This document shows, piece after piece, positions 18,143 through 27,141 of a stretch of DNA of 64,000 bases. Source of the stretch: a virus. The translations under genes were made by a program, and so were the position numbers. The notes below the pieces were generated by a model, which saw nothing but the letters and a program-made list of their open reading frames with translations, was not told the origin of the DNA and searched no databases. Location of the stretch: positions 45,167 through 109,166 of IMG/VR virus record IMGVR_UViG_3300045996_003734. One strand, 5' to 3'. How positions within the stretch are numbered: the first letter of the stretch is position 1; every line of letters begins with the position of its first letter.

Positions 18143-19690
18143 CTAGTAGCCGCCGGTCGCGACGCCCTTCCGCGCCCCCCGCGCCGGCACCTTGGGCTTG
18201 CTCGCCGGCTGCTTGTCCGCGAAGTCCCAGTTGTGCACGGTCGAGTCCACCTGGTCGTCCTCGGCGCCGTCCACGCCCGTAAACCGCTCGTGCTCCTTGA
18301 GGTACGGGCCGATCCACTTGCCCTCATCCCAGCACTCGAGTTCGCGTAGCAGTTTCTGCAACGCCACCGAGTCCAGGGTGGGGTCGTGGTCGAGCGGGAC
18401 CTGGAAGCGCCCTTGCCCCCAAGCGGCAGCGGCGGCTTGCGCGGCTGAGAACTTGTCGACGGTGCGCGGCACTTCCACGAGCCGGAGCTTCGGATTCAGG
18501 CGGCGGAGGTTCTGTGCGACGCTCTGCCCCTGCCCGCCCTGGGTCTCGATGACGATGGGCACGCCCGGCCAGCTCGCCTGCAGCACCGCCAGCACGCGCA
18601 CGACGTCCGGCGTCTCGAGCTGCATGCGGTAGCAGCGCAGCACCTGGCCGTAGAGCATGCCGGTCAGCACCACGCCCTCGGGGCTTTCCCAGGGCGCTCG
18701 CCAGTAGCAGCAGATGGTGATGGCTGTGTGGTCGGCGCTCGTCTTGGCGGTGCCGGCGGCGTCCACGGCGATGACGATTTGCCGGCCCTGCCGGATGGCC
18801 TGCCCCATGTAGCGGCGCGGCTCGCCGAAGACCGAGCCCCCCTTGGGCCGCGGCCGCTGCATGTACTGCGACCACCAGTTGTACTCCCCGACGACAGCGC
18901 GGATTTGAAGCAGCGCCTTCAGGTCGTAGCGCGCCTCCCAGAGCGGCTTGCCGTGCTCGTCGATGGCCGGCAGCGAGACGAACTCGAACGCCGGCATGTT
19001 CTCCGGGTCCTCCTCGCAGCGCTTCCGGATGCGCGCGAGCAGGTCGTCGTCGTTCCACCTCTGATGAAAGACGATGACGGATGCGCCCGGCTCGCGACGG
19101 GTGAACTGGTCGCCGATGAAGCTCTGCCAGACGGCTTCGCGCACCGTCTCGCTCTCGGCCTCCGCGCGGTTCTTAAAGGCGTCGTCGTTGAGCAGGAGGT
19201 CGAGGCCCTTGGAAACCAGGCCGCCGTCGCGCCCCACAGCGACGAACCCCCCGCCGCCCGCCGTCTGCCAGTGCCGCACGCTCGCGCTCGGGTCCCACTT
19301 CTTGCCGGGGCCGGAGCGCTGGAAGTCCACGCCCGCGTCGACCGCGCGCTGCCGCGCGATGCGGCTCTGGTCGTCCGCTACGTCCTGGCTGTAGGTCGAG
19401 TAGACGACGCGCTTGGAGGGCTTGTACTTGAGAAACCGCGCGGCCCCGTGGAAGACGATCTCGGACTTGCCGTGCCGCGGCGGCGCCTCCACCCCGGCGT
19501 AAACCTCCTCGCCCGCTTGGATGCGGTCGAAGAGGTCACACATGCGCGAGAGCGCGATGGGCGATGCGTAGCGCGGCGAAGCCCACGGGATGAACTCGAG
19601 CAGCTCCGTGCGGCCGCGAATCTCTTGGGTCCGGCGCCGCGCCAGCGCCCGCTGGTACGCCTCACTTTTTTGGTGCTGCTGGAGGTCCAA
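18143..19690 (-). CDS. terL: Terminase large subunit
   Basis: Walker A PPRHGKS, Walker B LLLNDD, QRW..DDL, YMQRP, nuclease VDAAG and DDQVDS. Confidence 0.95.
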   Translation of the reverse strand: MDLQQHQKSEAYQRALARRRTQEIRGRTELLEFIPWASPRYASPIALSRMCDLFDRIQAGEEVYAGVEAPPRHGKSEIVFHGAARFLKYKPSKRVVYSTYSQDVADDQSRIARQRAVDAGVDFQRSGPGKKWDPSASVRHWQTAGGGGFVAVGRDGGLVSKGLDLLLNDDAFKNRAEAESETVREAVWQSFIGDQFTRREPGASVIVFHQRWNDDDLLARIRKRCEEDPENMPAFEFVSLPAIDEHGKPLWEARYDLKALLQIRAVVGEYNWWSQYMQRPRPKGGSVFGEPRRYMGQAIRQGRQIVIAVDAAGTAKTSADHTAITICCYWRAPWESPEGVVLTGMLYGQVLRCYRMQLETPDVVRVLAVLQASWPGVPIVIETQGGQGQSVAQNLRRLNPKLRLVEVPRTVDKFSAAQAAAAAWGQGRFQVPLDHDPTLDSVALQKLLRELECWDEGKWIGPYLKEHERFTGVDGAEDDQVDSTVHNWDFADKQPASKPKVPARGARKGVATGGY

Positions 19691-20276
19691 ACCGCTCGGG
19701 CCTCTGACCCGTATCTCCGTAGGCTATGACCTCTTCCTCGGTCCAACCCTCGAAGGGGTCCGGTGCCTTGACCACGATGTTTTGGCGGAGCTCGCCCATG
19801 TGCTCGAGCAGCGTGCGCGCCGCCTGCACGCGGTCGCTCTCGTTCTCCTGGAGCACCTGGAGCAGTCGGAGCCTCGCAATGCTCACCAGCTTCTCCCGCT
19901 GCCCGGTGGTGTAGTCCACCAGCCTCGAGGCCTCGGCCGAGTAGTGCTGGACGGTCTTGACGCTCATCATCCACGCCGGCGAGCTCCACCGCTTCGCTAG
20001 CACCTTCGCCATGCTGGCCCGCCACTCTCCGGAGGCCATCAGCTGCGCGATTTCGAAGATGCGACCGCGCTTGATCTCTTGGGGCGTGAGCACCGGGGCG
20101 TTGGGGTCGGTCGGGATGTCCGCGGGCGTGAGAGGCGGCAAGTCGTCGGGGTCCTGCTCCTGCTCGCGCTCTGCCTTGGCGGCCTTGCGCTTCGACTTCT
20201 TCGCAGCCTTGCGCTTGGACGATGGAGCACGAGATCCATTCGGCGCCGTATCTGAGGGTCCAGCCGTCACGCCCAA
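19662..20276 (-). CDS. terS: Probable terminase small subunit
   Basis: Directly upstream of and overlapping terL; HTH-like/helical. Confidence 0.6.
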   Translation of the reverse strand: MGVTAGPSDTAPNGSRAPSSKRKAAKKSKRKAAKAEREQEQDPDDLPPLTPADIPTDPNAPVLTPQEIKRGRIFEIAQLMASGEWRASMAKVLAKRWSSPAWMMSVKTVQHYSAEASRLVDYTTGQREKLVSIARLRLLQVLQENESDRVQAARTLLEHMGELRQNIVVKAPDPFEGWTEEEVIAYGDTGQRPERFGPPAAPKK

Positions 20277-20323
20277 CAGCCCCCGCTTGACGCCGTGACA
20301 GAGGGGCCCTCTGCTGGGCGGTT

Positions 20324-20740
20324 ATGATCCGAGCGATTTGTACAATCTTGGTACTTCTTACAGTCGCCTGCAGCTCTGACGACGACGCGCAAGCGTGCGC
20401 CCTCGAGCATCGGGACGGCACGTACCTGCTTAAGATGACCGAGCGCTCTGGAAACTGCGGCGCCGTCCCCGACTCGGTCACCCGCCAGAATCCCACGCTC
20501 AACTCGATCGGTAACGGTTGCGCCCTCGATGCCGACGACGACCTGAGCGCCGACAAATGTTCTCTCTCTCGTTCGGCCACTTGCCCCACCGAGGACGGCG
20601 GCACAATTAGCTTGGTGGGGGTCGTCAAGGAGCAGGATGGCGGAGCGAAGCTTACCGGTCTGCTCACCGTGACCTTGCGCGATGACGCCGGCAGCACGCT
20701 CTGCATGGGCACCTACGACGCCACGTACACGCGGCAGTAG
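20324..20740 (+). CDS. Cys-containing lipoprotein (moron)
   Basis: Signal peptide with lipobox LTVAC; opposite strand to its neighbours. Confidence 0.75.
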   Translation: MIRAICTILVLLTVACSSDDDAQACALEHRDGTYLLKMTERSGNCGAVPDSVTRQNPTLNSIGNGCALDADDDLSADKCSLSRSATCPTEDGGTISLVGVVKEQDGGAKLTGLLTVTLRDDAGSTLCMGTYDATYTRQ

Positions 20741-20787
20741 CGACCTCCCGCGCGCGTCGCGCGCGTGACCTGGGGGGCATTGGGTGT

Positions 20788-21081
20788 TCAACCGACGCTC
20801 CGTCTCCGGTAGTCGTTCTGGGGCTTGCAGAGGTGAAACAGCGTGCAGTGTGGGCATTTGTAGGGCGTGACCTTGTTCCGGCCCTGGCCGCGCATGACGC
20901 GGGCGGCGTGCTTCGCGTTGGCCCGGGTCGAGTACGTGCGCTTGTCGGTGCAGGCGCGGGCCTCGAAGCTGGAGACGCCGCGGGCTTGCATGTCGAGCCG
21001 GCGTTGAGCCGCGCGCGCCGTGGGGAGCTGAGCCACTAGCGGGTACCCGCTAGTGGCGGTTCGAAGCCGCATGCGGGGCAA
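20788..21081 (-). CDS. Small zinc-finger phage protein (start uncertain)
   Basis: C..K..Y.....A...A ... PYKCPHC..FHL motif. Confidence 0.6.
   Translation of the reverse strand: MPRMRLRTATSGYPLVAQLPTARAAQRRLDMQARGVSSFEARACTDKRTYSTRANAKHAARVMRGQGRNKVTPYKCPHCTLFHLCKPQNDYRRRSVG
21032..21057. repeat. Perfect 26-bp palindrome GCCACTAGCGGGTACCCGCTAGTGGC
   Basis: Self reverse-complementary with no spacer. Confidence 0.9.
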
Positions 21082-21308
21082 CGGGGGTTGCCCTTGAAGT
21101 CGTGGCTTCGTGTGCCGTCAGCGCAGCGTGGCCACACTCCGAACGCCAGGTAGCGGTCCCTGTCGGCGAATCGCCTCAGGAGCCCCTGCATGAGCAACCC
21201 GCGAAGCGAGCCCGGCTCCGACATGGCGAACCGCGGCGGCACCTGAACAACCGGCGAGAGAAAGATGGCGCGCGCTTTCTGCCGGAAGCGGCGCAGCTTG
21301 GAGCCCAT
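21036..21308 (-). CDS. Hypothetical protein with C-terminal Cys/His finger
   Basis: C..G...H......CPAC; coupled to the upstream gene. Confidence 0.5.
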   Translation of the reverse strand: MGSKLRRFRQKARAIFLSPVVQVPPRFAMSEPGSLRGLLMQGLLRRFADRDRYLAFGVWPRCADGTRSHDFKGNPRCPACGFEPPLAGTR

Positions 21309-22111
21309 CAGGCCGTCGCCCCCAGCTCCAGTTGCTTCTCGTCAGCCCGTAGCGCGCGCGCCTCGATGATTTCGCCGGTGTCGAGCCGGGTGACCTCGAC
21401 CACCCCGAGCTTGTAGTTGGTCTTCTGCTCACACTCGACGGCGCGCTCTTCGATGGCTTGGCCGGAGGCGACCACCAGCCGGATGAACTCCTTTTGGCAT
21501 TCCGCGATTTGCGCGCGCTTTTCGCGCATCAGGTTCTTGAGCTCCGTCTCGAGCCGCTCGCGCTCGAGCAGCTTGCCGGCGGCGGCTTGCGCGGCCTTGT
21601 GGGACTGCTCGGGCGTGAGGGCGCAGGGCAGCGTGCGTTCGATTCGGATCTTCTTGATGGCTTGCTTGGTCACGGCGTCGCTCCTCGCCCAGCAAAGGGC
21701 CTCGTAGGTCAGCAGCCCGGCGTCCTCAGCAGCCGCCAGGGTTTGAATGGTGAAGTTGCGGCTCCAGCCGAGGCGCTTCGAGGCGATGGCCAAGAGCTCG
21801 TCGGGGGAGCTGCACTCGATGACGGCGGCGAGCTGCGAGGCGCGGGGGGCCCAGCAGGGGTCCGCGCAGGCCTCCCTGCCCTTCGTCGGTGCCCGAGGCT
21901 CGGTCGTGAAGTCCTCGTCCGGAGCGTGGTGCCGGAGCCAGTGCAGCGTCGACCGCAGGTCGTCCTCGGTGGCTTCCGGGAACTGGCGGCGTAGCGAGCC
22001 GAACAGGTAGGCCTGGCTCTTCTTGCGCTTCGCCACCTCGCGGATGGTCCCGCCGATGTTTCGAGCCGCCTTGGTGCAGACGTCGAGCGCGAAGTCGCGG
22101 AGAGCCCTCAG
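21308..22111 (-). CDS. Hypothetical phage protein (coiled coil plus VEC...RLDTGE motif); start uncertain
   Basis: 3' part of ORF 21308-22432; the 5' part overlaps a better ORF. Confidence 0.55.
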   Translation of the reverse strand: MRALRDFALDVCTKAARNIGGTIREVAKRKKSQAYLFGSLRRQFPEATEDDLRSTLHWLRHHAPDEDFTTEPRAPTKGREACADPCWAPRASQLAAVIECSSPDELLAIASKRLGWSRNFTIQTLAAAEDAGLLTYEALCWARSDAVTKQAIKKIRIERTLPCALTPEQSHKAAQAAAGKLLERERLETELKNLMREKRAQIAECQKEFIRLVVASGQAIEERAVECEQKTNYKLGVVEVTRLDTGEIIEARALRADEKQLELGATA

Positions 22112-22425
22112 CGGAGCCTCCGCAGGGCGGTCCGGAGTGAGCTGAGGTTGAAGTCGGAGCGCCCCCCGTTCGAGCCGTCCAGGATGTCGAGGGCGAGCTG
22201 CTGAGCCTCCGGGCCATGCTTCCCGTCCAGCGCCGCGTCGGCGAGGTCGAGCAGCTCCTGTCGCTCCTTGCGGAGCTTCTCCCGCTCGACGAGCTCTTGC
22301 TCGCGCTGGATGGCGGCTTGGCGCTCCGGGCTCAGCGTGGCACCCATCGCGCGCTCGACGTGGGCAAGCGCTTCGGCGTCGTAGCCGGCGCGCTTCATTG
22401 CTTCCGCGTTTCGATTCAGGTTCAA
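22108..22425 (-). CDS. Hypothetical protein downstream of the initiator
   Basis: 4-nt overlap with the initiator stop; helical. Confidence 0.55.
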   Translation of the reverse strand: MNLNRNAEAMKRAGYDAEALAHVERAMGATLSPERQAAIQREQELVEREKLRKERQELLDLADAALDGKHGPEAQQLALDILDGSNGGRSDFNLSSLRTALRRLR

Positions 22426-23552
22426 GATTCACCTACAGCGGCTAGGGTTGGCAGGACGGCACCGAGCAGCGCGGGGCCGCTCTTGGGGCCGCCCGAACGG
22501 TTGGGGTCGGGCTTCAGGCCGCTCTTGGCGCGGGCAATGCGCTCGAGCTGGTGCGGGGAAAGTTGGGTCTCGCGGGCGCCGGCCTGCTCGCGCCGAATGA
22601 CCTCCACGGACAGCGCGCCCAGGCTCCGAGGCTTGCCTCCGTCCGCGCGCCACCACGGCGACTTGGTCACCCCGCGCACGGCGGTCAGCAGCTCGTCGGG
22701 CTCGAAGCCGGCCGCGAGCAGCGCCACGACGGCTCGCACCCCGGAGTCCTTGGCGTACGGCAGCAAGCGCGCCGAGCCGCGCATCCCGTTCGCTTCGTGC
22801 ACGGCCTGCGCAACCGCTTGGACCTCCGGCCAGGTCTCCGGCGTGAGCCACTCGGCCATATGCCGGTTCCGTTCGGTGTACGCGGCTCGAGCGGCGATCG
22901 GCATGCGCATCGCCTCGGCCGGGTTTCGCGGCGTCTCGCCGACGAATGGCTGATCGGCAACCTCGACCGGTGCCGCCGGCGGTGGTGCTTCTTCGCGCGG
23001 TCGCGCGATCTCCGGCACGGCTGGCTTTGTACGGCTAGGCACAGCTGAGCTGGAGTGACCAACCGTGACCGGCTGTGACCGGTCGTGACGTTCGGTCACG
23101 GGCAGTGACTCGGCGTCACGAATCGTGACGGGTTGTGACGAGGTCTCCAGGACCGTGGCCACGACGGCCACCAGCTCGGCCGGCACGCCGGGCATCTCGG
23201 CCGCGCGGAGGGCTGCAGCGCGACGAGCGCGACTCTCGCGCTGGCGCTGCGCGTCGCTCTGCTTCGCCTCCTGCGCCCGAATGAAGTTCGGGACGAAGAG
23301 GACGCCGTCCGTCACCGCGACCACCTTGCGCTCGAGCAGCTTCGCCATGCCCGTGCGCGCGTGCTCGAGCGGGAGGTCGGCGAGAGCGGCTAACGCCTCG
23401 GCCGGCTCGAGGCCTTCGAGGTCCAGGACGCCGGCGCGGTCGACCTCCAAAAGCAGGGCGTGGAGGCACATGCGGCCGTCCCAGCCGAGCAGCTTCGTGG
23501 TGACGGTCTTGCGCGTGTAGACGCGAACGTAGCGTTCGTCTTCGAAGTTCAA
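22422..23552 (-). CDS. Putative replication initiator (lambda O/DnaD-like layout)
   Basis: N-terminal wHTH-like domain, AQRQRESRARR helix, low-complexity linker containing iterons; TTG start at 23552. Confidence 0.7.
   Translation of the reverse strand: MNFEDERYVRVYTRKTVTTKLLGWDGRMCLHALLLEVDRAGVLDLEGLEPAEALAALADLPLEHARTGMAKLLERKVVAVTDGVLFVPNFIRAQEAKQSDAQRQRESRARRAAALRAAEMPGVPAELVAVVATVLETSSQPVTIRDAESLPVTERHDRSQPVTVGHSSSAVPSRTKPAVPEIARPREEAPPPAAPVEVADQPFVGETPRNPAEAMRMPIAARAAYTERNRHMAEWLTPETWPEVQAVAQAVHEANGMRGSARLLPYAKDSGVRAVVALLAAGFEPDELLTAVRGVTKSPWWRADGGKPRSLGALSVEVIRREQAGARETQLSPHQLERIARAKSGLKPDPNRSGGPKSGPALLGAVLPTLAAVGES
23055..23139. repeat. Iteron array: nine GTSAC motifs at exact 10-bp period; probable replication origin
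   Basis: GTGAC/GTCAC at 23055, 65, 75, 85, 95, 23105, 15, 25, 35 inside the initiator gene. Confidence 0.8.
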
Positions 23553-23902
23553 ACCCAGGACTCCACGGCCGCGAAGGCCTCGACGACGTTGCGAACCACG
23601 GCGTAACGAACCCCGAGCCGCTCTGCCTTGGCCTGCCAAAGCTTCTGGCTAGGGAGCTGCCTGCCCTCTGCCGTCTTCACCTCGAGGCCGCCGAGGCGGC
23701 CGCCGGGGAGCACCAGGAGGATGTCCGGCGTGCCGGCAGGCGCCCCCTTGATCACGCGTCGCCGCGTGCGCACGGTGGCGCTGATGACCTGCGTCCCGCT
23801 GTTCGCCCGCCACGCCCAGATGCCTCGGAGGGCGAGCGCGCGGATGATGGCGGTGACGCGCGGGGACTCCTTGCCCCGTGCCCGGCGCCGATGCCTAAGC
23901 AC
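23549..23902 (-). CDS. VRR-NUC (PD-D/ExK) nuclease
   Basis: GTPDIL...LEVK...GRQ.PSQ..W motif. Confidence 0.85.
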   Translation of the reverse strand: MLRHRRRARGKESPRVTAIIRALALRGIWAWRANSGTQVISATVRTRRRVIKGAPAGTPDILLVLPGGRLGGLEVKTAEGRQLPSQKLWQAKAERLGVRYAVVRNVVEAFAAVESWV

Positions 23903-24419
23903 TGGTCACCTGCCGTCGGGCCGTCTTGGCCTGGTAGGTCGGGCGGCTCTCGAGCGCGGCGTGCAGGACCTCGCAGCTCTCGGCGCGCTTGTAGATGGTC
24001 AGGATGCTGATCTGCAGGGCGCGCGCGGCTCCCGTGATCGTCCCCTCAGCCAAGACGGCCGCGGCCATCTCCTCGCTGGTGATTCCCCGCGCCTTGTACT
24101 GGTACGTGGGCTTGTCGCACTCCGGGCAGGCGGCGACCGAGCGGAGGAAACCGTGTTCGCAGCGGGGCGTCAGGTAGAAGCGCTCCCGACCCACGAGTCG
24201 CCCCGACCGGTGCGACGGCTTCGACCGGTCGCGGTAGAAGTCCGACACGGACGTCTTGCACTCGATCAACGTGGACGTGCCGCGCGCCGTCCAGCCAAGC
24301 GCGTCCGGTGAGAGATTGGCGCAGAACGCCGAGCACTCGGTGACGACCACGACGCTCTTGCGAGTGTGAGTGAGCCAGCGAGCGGCGCGCTGGACGAGCT
24401 CAGCGTGCGTCTCAGCCAT
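23895..24419 (-). CDS. PD-(D/E)xK nuclease-like (MmcB-like) protein with C-terminal HTH
   Basis: PDALGW...IECKTSVSDF..D; ITGAARALQISILTIYKR. Confidence 0.6.
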   Translation of the reverse strand: MAETHAELVQRAARWLTHTRKSVVVVTECSAFCANLSPDALGWTARGTSTLIECKTSVSDFYRDRSKPSHRSGRLVGRERFYLTPRCEHGFLRSVAACPECDKPTYQYKARGITSEEMAAAVLAEGTITGAARALQISILTIYKRAESCEVLHAALESRPTYQAKTARRQVTSA

Positions 24420-24598
24420 GGGTCACCTGCTTGCGCGGACGACCCACGGGGCGCCCGGTGGGGACGTACGCTTGGCGCCTGAGGTCCCGCTCGCGCCGCT
24501 CCGTCTCCCGACCGACGAGGGTAACGCTGCCTAGCGGCTGCGTCGGCGCGGCCGGGCCGGTGCCGAGGCAGTCCAGGCAGTCGCAGCAGAGAGGGTGC

Positions 24599-24787
24599 TC
24601 AGCCACGGCCGGCCTCCTGCGCTTCCGCCCGCGCCTGCGCGGCCTTGCCCTTGGCGTACCGCTCCGCCTGGCACCCTTCGCACAGGCCGAGCAAGGCGTG
24701 GACGCCGTCGACCAGGTCCGTGCACTTCTTCGAGCAGCGCTCGCAGAGGTAGGTGACGGTGGGGCTCCGCTTACCGGCCACGGCCAC
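24599..24787 (-). CDS. Small Cys-rich protein
   Basis: Two CxxC pairs; coupled within the operon. Confidence 0.45.
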   Translation of the reverse strand: MAVAGKRSPTVTYLCERCSKKCTDLVDGVHALLGLCEGCQAERYAKGKAAQARAEAQEAGRG

Positions 24788-25067
24788 CTCCGCTCGCGTG
24801 CGCGCGCCCGTGCTTCAACCCCTGTTCGTAGGCGAGCAGCTGCCCGGCCTCCGGCTCCCAACCGCAGGCGGTGCAGCGGTAGCGGTGGGACTGCTCGCCC
24901 GTCGGGACGAGTTCGTGCAGCAGGCACGCCTGGGTCCTGGCGTGCTGGGCCTTGATGGCCTCGAAGCGAGCCCTGGCCTCGTCGCGGGACATGCCCGTCA
25001 GCGCACCGACAATCGCCGCGCCGTCGTACGTGCCGTCTGGGTTTTGGAACCGGCGCGGGTCAGCCAC
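24771..25067 (-). CDS. Small Zn-ribbon protein
   Basis: C..H ... YRCTACG. Confidence 0.55.
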   Translation of the reverse strand: MADPRRFQNPDGTYDGAAIVGALTGMSRDEARARFEAIKAQHARTQACLLHELVPTGEQSHRYRCTACGWEPEAGQLLAYEQGLKHGRAHASGGGRGR

Positions 25068-25281
25068 GGCCGCCCTCCCGCTCCAAGGCCTCGGCCACGT
25101 CCGCCATGGCCGCCAGGCGCTCGGCCCAGACGCGAGCGTTCGCCGGCGACAGGTCGAGCCCGGCGCCGTTGCTGAACTCGAGGATCACCTTGCCCGGCTC
25201 CGCCGACAGGTGGGCTGGCATTACGGACGGCCGAGCGGCCGCGCCTTGCCGATGGGCGGCCAGCTGAATGACCTTACCCAT
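25060..25281 (-). CDS. Small hypothetical protein
   Basis: Overlaps the int stop; MGKVIQL start. Confidence 0.55.
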   Translation of the reverse strand: MGKVIQLAAHRQGAAARPSVMPAHLSAEPGKVILEFSNGAGLDLSPANARVWAERLAAMADVAEALEREGGRG

Positions 25282-26815
25282 GGCGACGGGCCTCCTCCGC
25301 GATCTCCGCGACCGCCCCGTCCACGTCTCCGGCCAGGACCTTCTCGAGTGCGCGCGCTACCGCGAGGCCGGGCCGAAGTGGTAGGCTCGGGTCAACATCG
25401 GCCAACCGCTCCAGGCGGTGGACCCGGAGCAGGTTGTCGCGACGAGCCCCAAAAGGATCGTCTAACGAATCGTCTAGACCGCCCGCCGAGGCGACCGAGG
25501 GCCGACTCTCGCCCTCCGAATCAGCGCCAGAAACGGCATTTGGGGACCCTGCGCCGCCGGCGGGAGAATTCGAATCCCTCCCTCTCCGCAGCAGTTCCTC
25601 CGGTGAAACCGCAGATTCACCGGAGGCGTTAGACGATTCATAGACGAATCGCTGCAGGCTCTCCGGCAGAGGCGCGAACGGATCGCCGATGCTGGCGCCC
25701 AGCGCCTGGTGTCCGCGGCGGATGTAGATCTGCGTGGTCTTGAAGTCGGAGTGCCCAGCTCGCTCGCGAATCATGTTGTCCGTGTCTCCCCGCATGGCCA
25801 TGTAGGTGATGCCCGTTGCTCGCAGGTCGTGGAAGCGCAGCGCGCGCACACCCTTGCGGTTCTTCTTGTGGAGCGCCGGCCGGTCCACGCCGGCCGTAAG
25901 TAGGTCCTCACGGAGCACGTCGTACGGTCGCTCGACGATCTCGAACACCGACTCTCGACTGCGCCGCCGGTACATGGCCTCGAGCATGGGCCTTAGGAGC
26001 GGCTCGATGCTGAAGTGACGGGAGCGGCCTGTCTTCGTGTACTCGTGAAAGACTTGGGCCTTCGAGTCGAAGGACCGGTTCACGCGGACCATGCCGTGCG
26101 CTACGTCCACCCCGAGGCGCCAGAGCAGCGCGAGCACCTCACCCGGCCGGCAGCAGCAGTAGACGGCCACGGCGTAGAGGGCGCGCCGCTCTCGCGGCAC
26201 CTCCGGGCACGCTAGCAGCTTCTGGAGCTCGACCGGGAAGAGCCACTGCAGCTCCACCTCGCCCGGCGGGTCCGGCGGCACTACGCCCTCGGCAGGGTTT
26301 CGGGACAGCAGACGGAGCTCGCGCTTCTTGGAGTGCGCCAGGTCGCGGAACATCTTGGAGGCCACGGCCCAGCAGTTCTGGGCGGTCTTGGCGCTGAACG
26401 TGACCTCGCCGTCCTGGGCCTTCTCGTCCAACCACTGCACGAGGTCCCGGAGGTCGTCCGTCGTCACCTCGTCCACGTGCTTCTTGCCGATGATGGGGCT
26501 GATGTGGAGCCGGTACCGGTAGAGGTCCGAGCGCAGGGACTTCTTGCTCGAGCGCGACGGGATCCAGAGACGCTCGAAGTATTCGTCGCACGTCGGGCGC
26601 GTGCTGATAGGCGTCTTATCCTGCGGGGGCGACCAGACCTTGCCCTTAGCCGCCAGGCTCAGCTTGCGGGCAACCTCGCGCGCGTCGTCGTCCGACAACG
26701 CCGGATCGATCGGGATGTACGGCCGGACCGTCTTCCCCTCCGCGTTCTTGGCTGTGATGCGCGCGTACAGCGTGGTCGCGTTGACGCGCCAGATTGTGCC
26801 CTTGGTCTTGGTCAT
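25274..26815 (-). CDS. int: Tyrosine integrase with attP inside its 3' coding region
   Basis: Catalytic R (CRPGE), K (TKTG), HDLR, GH, Y (TQIY, ~aa 364); ~150-aa extension beyond the catalytic Tyr. Confidence 0.95.
   Translation of the reverse strand: MTKTKGTIWRVNATTLYARITAKNAEGKTVRPYIPIDPALSDDDAREVARKLSLAAKGKVWSPPQDKTPISTRPTCDEYFERLWIPSRSSKKSLRSDLYRYRLHISPIIGKKHVDEVTTDDLRDLVQWLDEKAQDGEVTFSAKTAQNCWAVASKMFRDLAHSKKRELRLLSRNPAEGVVPPDPPGEVELQWLFPVELQKLLACPEVPRERRALYAVAVYCCCRPGEVLALLWRLGVDVAHGMVRVNRSFDSKAQVFHEYTKTGRSRHFSIEPLLRPMLEAMYRRRSRESVFEIVERPYDVLREDLLTAGVDRPALHKKNRKGVRALRFHDLRATGITYMAMRGDTDNMIRERAGHSDFKTTQIYIRRGHQALGASIGDPFAPLPESLQRFVYESSNASGESAVSPEELLRRGRDSNSPAGGAGSPNAVSGADSEGESRPSVASAGGLDDSLDDPFGARRDNLLRVHRLERLADVDPSLPLRPGLAVARALEKVLAGDVDGAVAEIAEEARRHG
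25456..25650. promoter_or_regulatory. Integrase arm-type sites flanking the att core (consensus TAGACGAWTC)
   Basis: Minus-strand copies at 25456-25464 and 25467-25476; plus-strand copies at 25630-25639 and 25641-25650; the right pair has an 11-bp period, the left pair 12 bp. Confidence 0.75.
25569..25589 (+). other. attP core, matching a tRNA-Ser 3' end (TTCGAATCCCTCCCTCTCCGC)
   Basis: T-loop plus acceptor 3' strand of bacterial tRNA-Ser; no tRNA 5' half upstream. Confidence 0.82.
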
Positions 26816-27141
26816 CAGACCGCCTCCCGGAAGCCGCGGCGAAGGAGCGCCGCCTCGATGGGGTCGATGGTCGGAGCGGGCGGTGGCGCGGAAGCGGGCG
26901 CGACCCGCAGCACTGGCTCGACGCGAGCCTGCTCGATGTAGCGGTGCATGGCCGCGCGCTCCACGAGCACCCGGCCCGCGCGCTTGAACCCCGGCAGCGT
27001 GCCCTGGCGGACCAGCCGGCAGTGGGTCTGCTTGGGCAGCGGCGACGTGTCCTGGTCGTAGTACCGGGGCCCGTCATTCTGCTCGAGTCGGTCGGCGACC
27101 GCGTCGGCGAGCTGGTGGAGGAGGGCGCGGAGGTCGCTCAC
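26815..27141 (-). CDS. xis: Excisionase-like HTH protein
   Basis: LVRQGTLPGFKRAGRVLVERAAMHRYIE motif; directly upstream of int. Confidence 0.75.
   Translation of the reverse strand: MSDLRALLHQLADAVADRLEQNDGPRYYDQDTSPLPKQTHCRLVRQGTLPGFKRAGRVLVERAAMHRYIEQARVEPVLRVAPASAPPPAPTIDPIEAALLRRGFREAV

Noticed and set aside
19705-19710. GGGTCA upstream of terL as another late promoter
   Set aside because: Only 14 nt from the start codon, with no matching -10 at 17-18 nt; not counted.
2583-20276. Transposable Mu-like phage, tailocin or eCIS
   Set aside because: No MuA/MuB genes; capsid, portal and terminase are present, so it is a full phage that integrates site-specifically.
21032-21057. Protelomerase telRL site
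   Set aside because: No protelomerase recognised; the only tyrosine recombinase is a typical integrase with a tRNA-type att.
25540-25595. Complete tRNA-Ser gene
   Set aside because: Only the T-loop and 3' acceptor strand are present; the upstream sequence does not complete the T-stem or cloverleaf, so it is called an att core.
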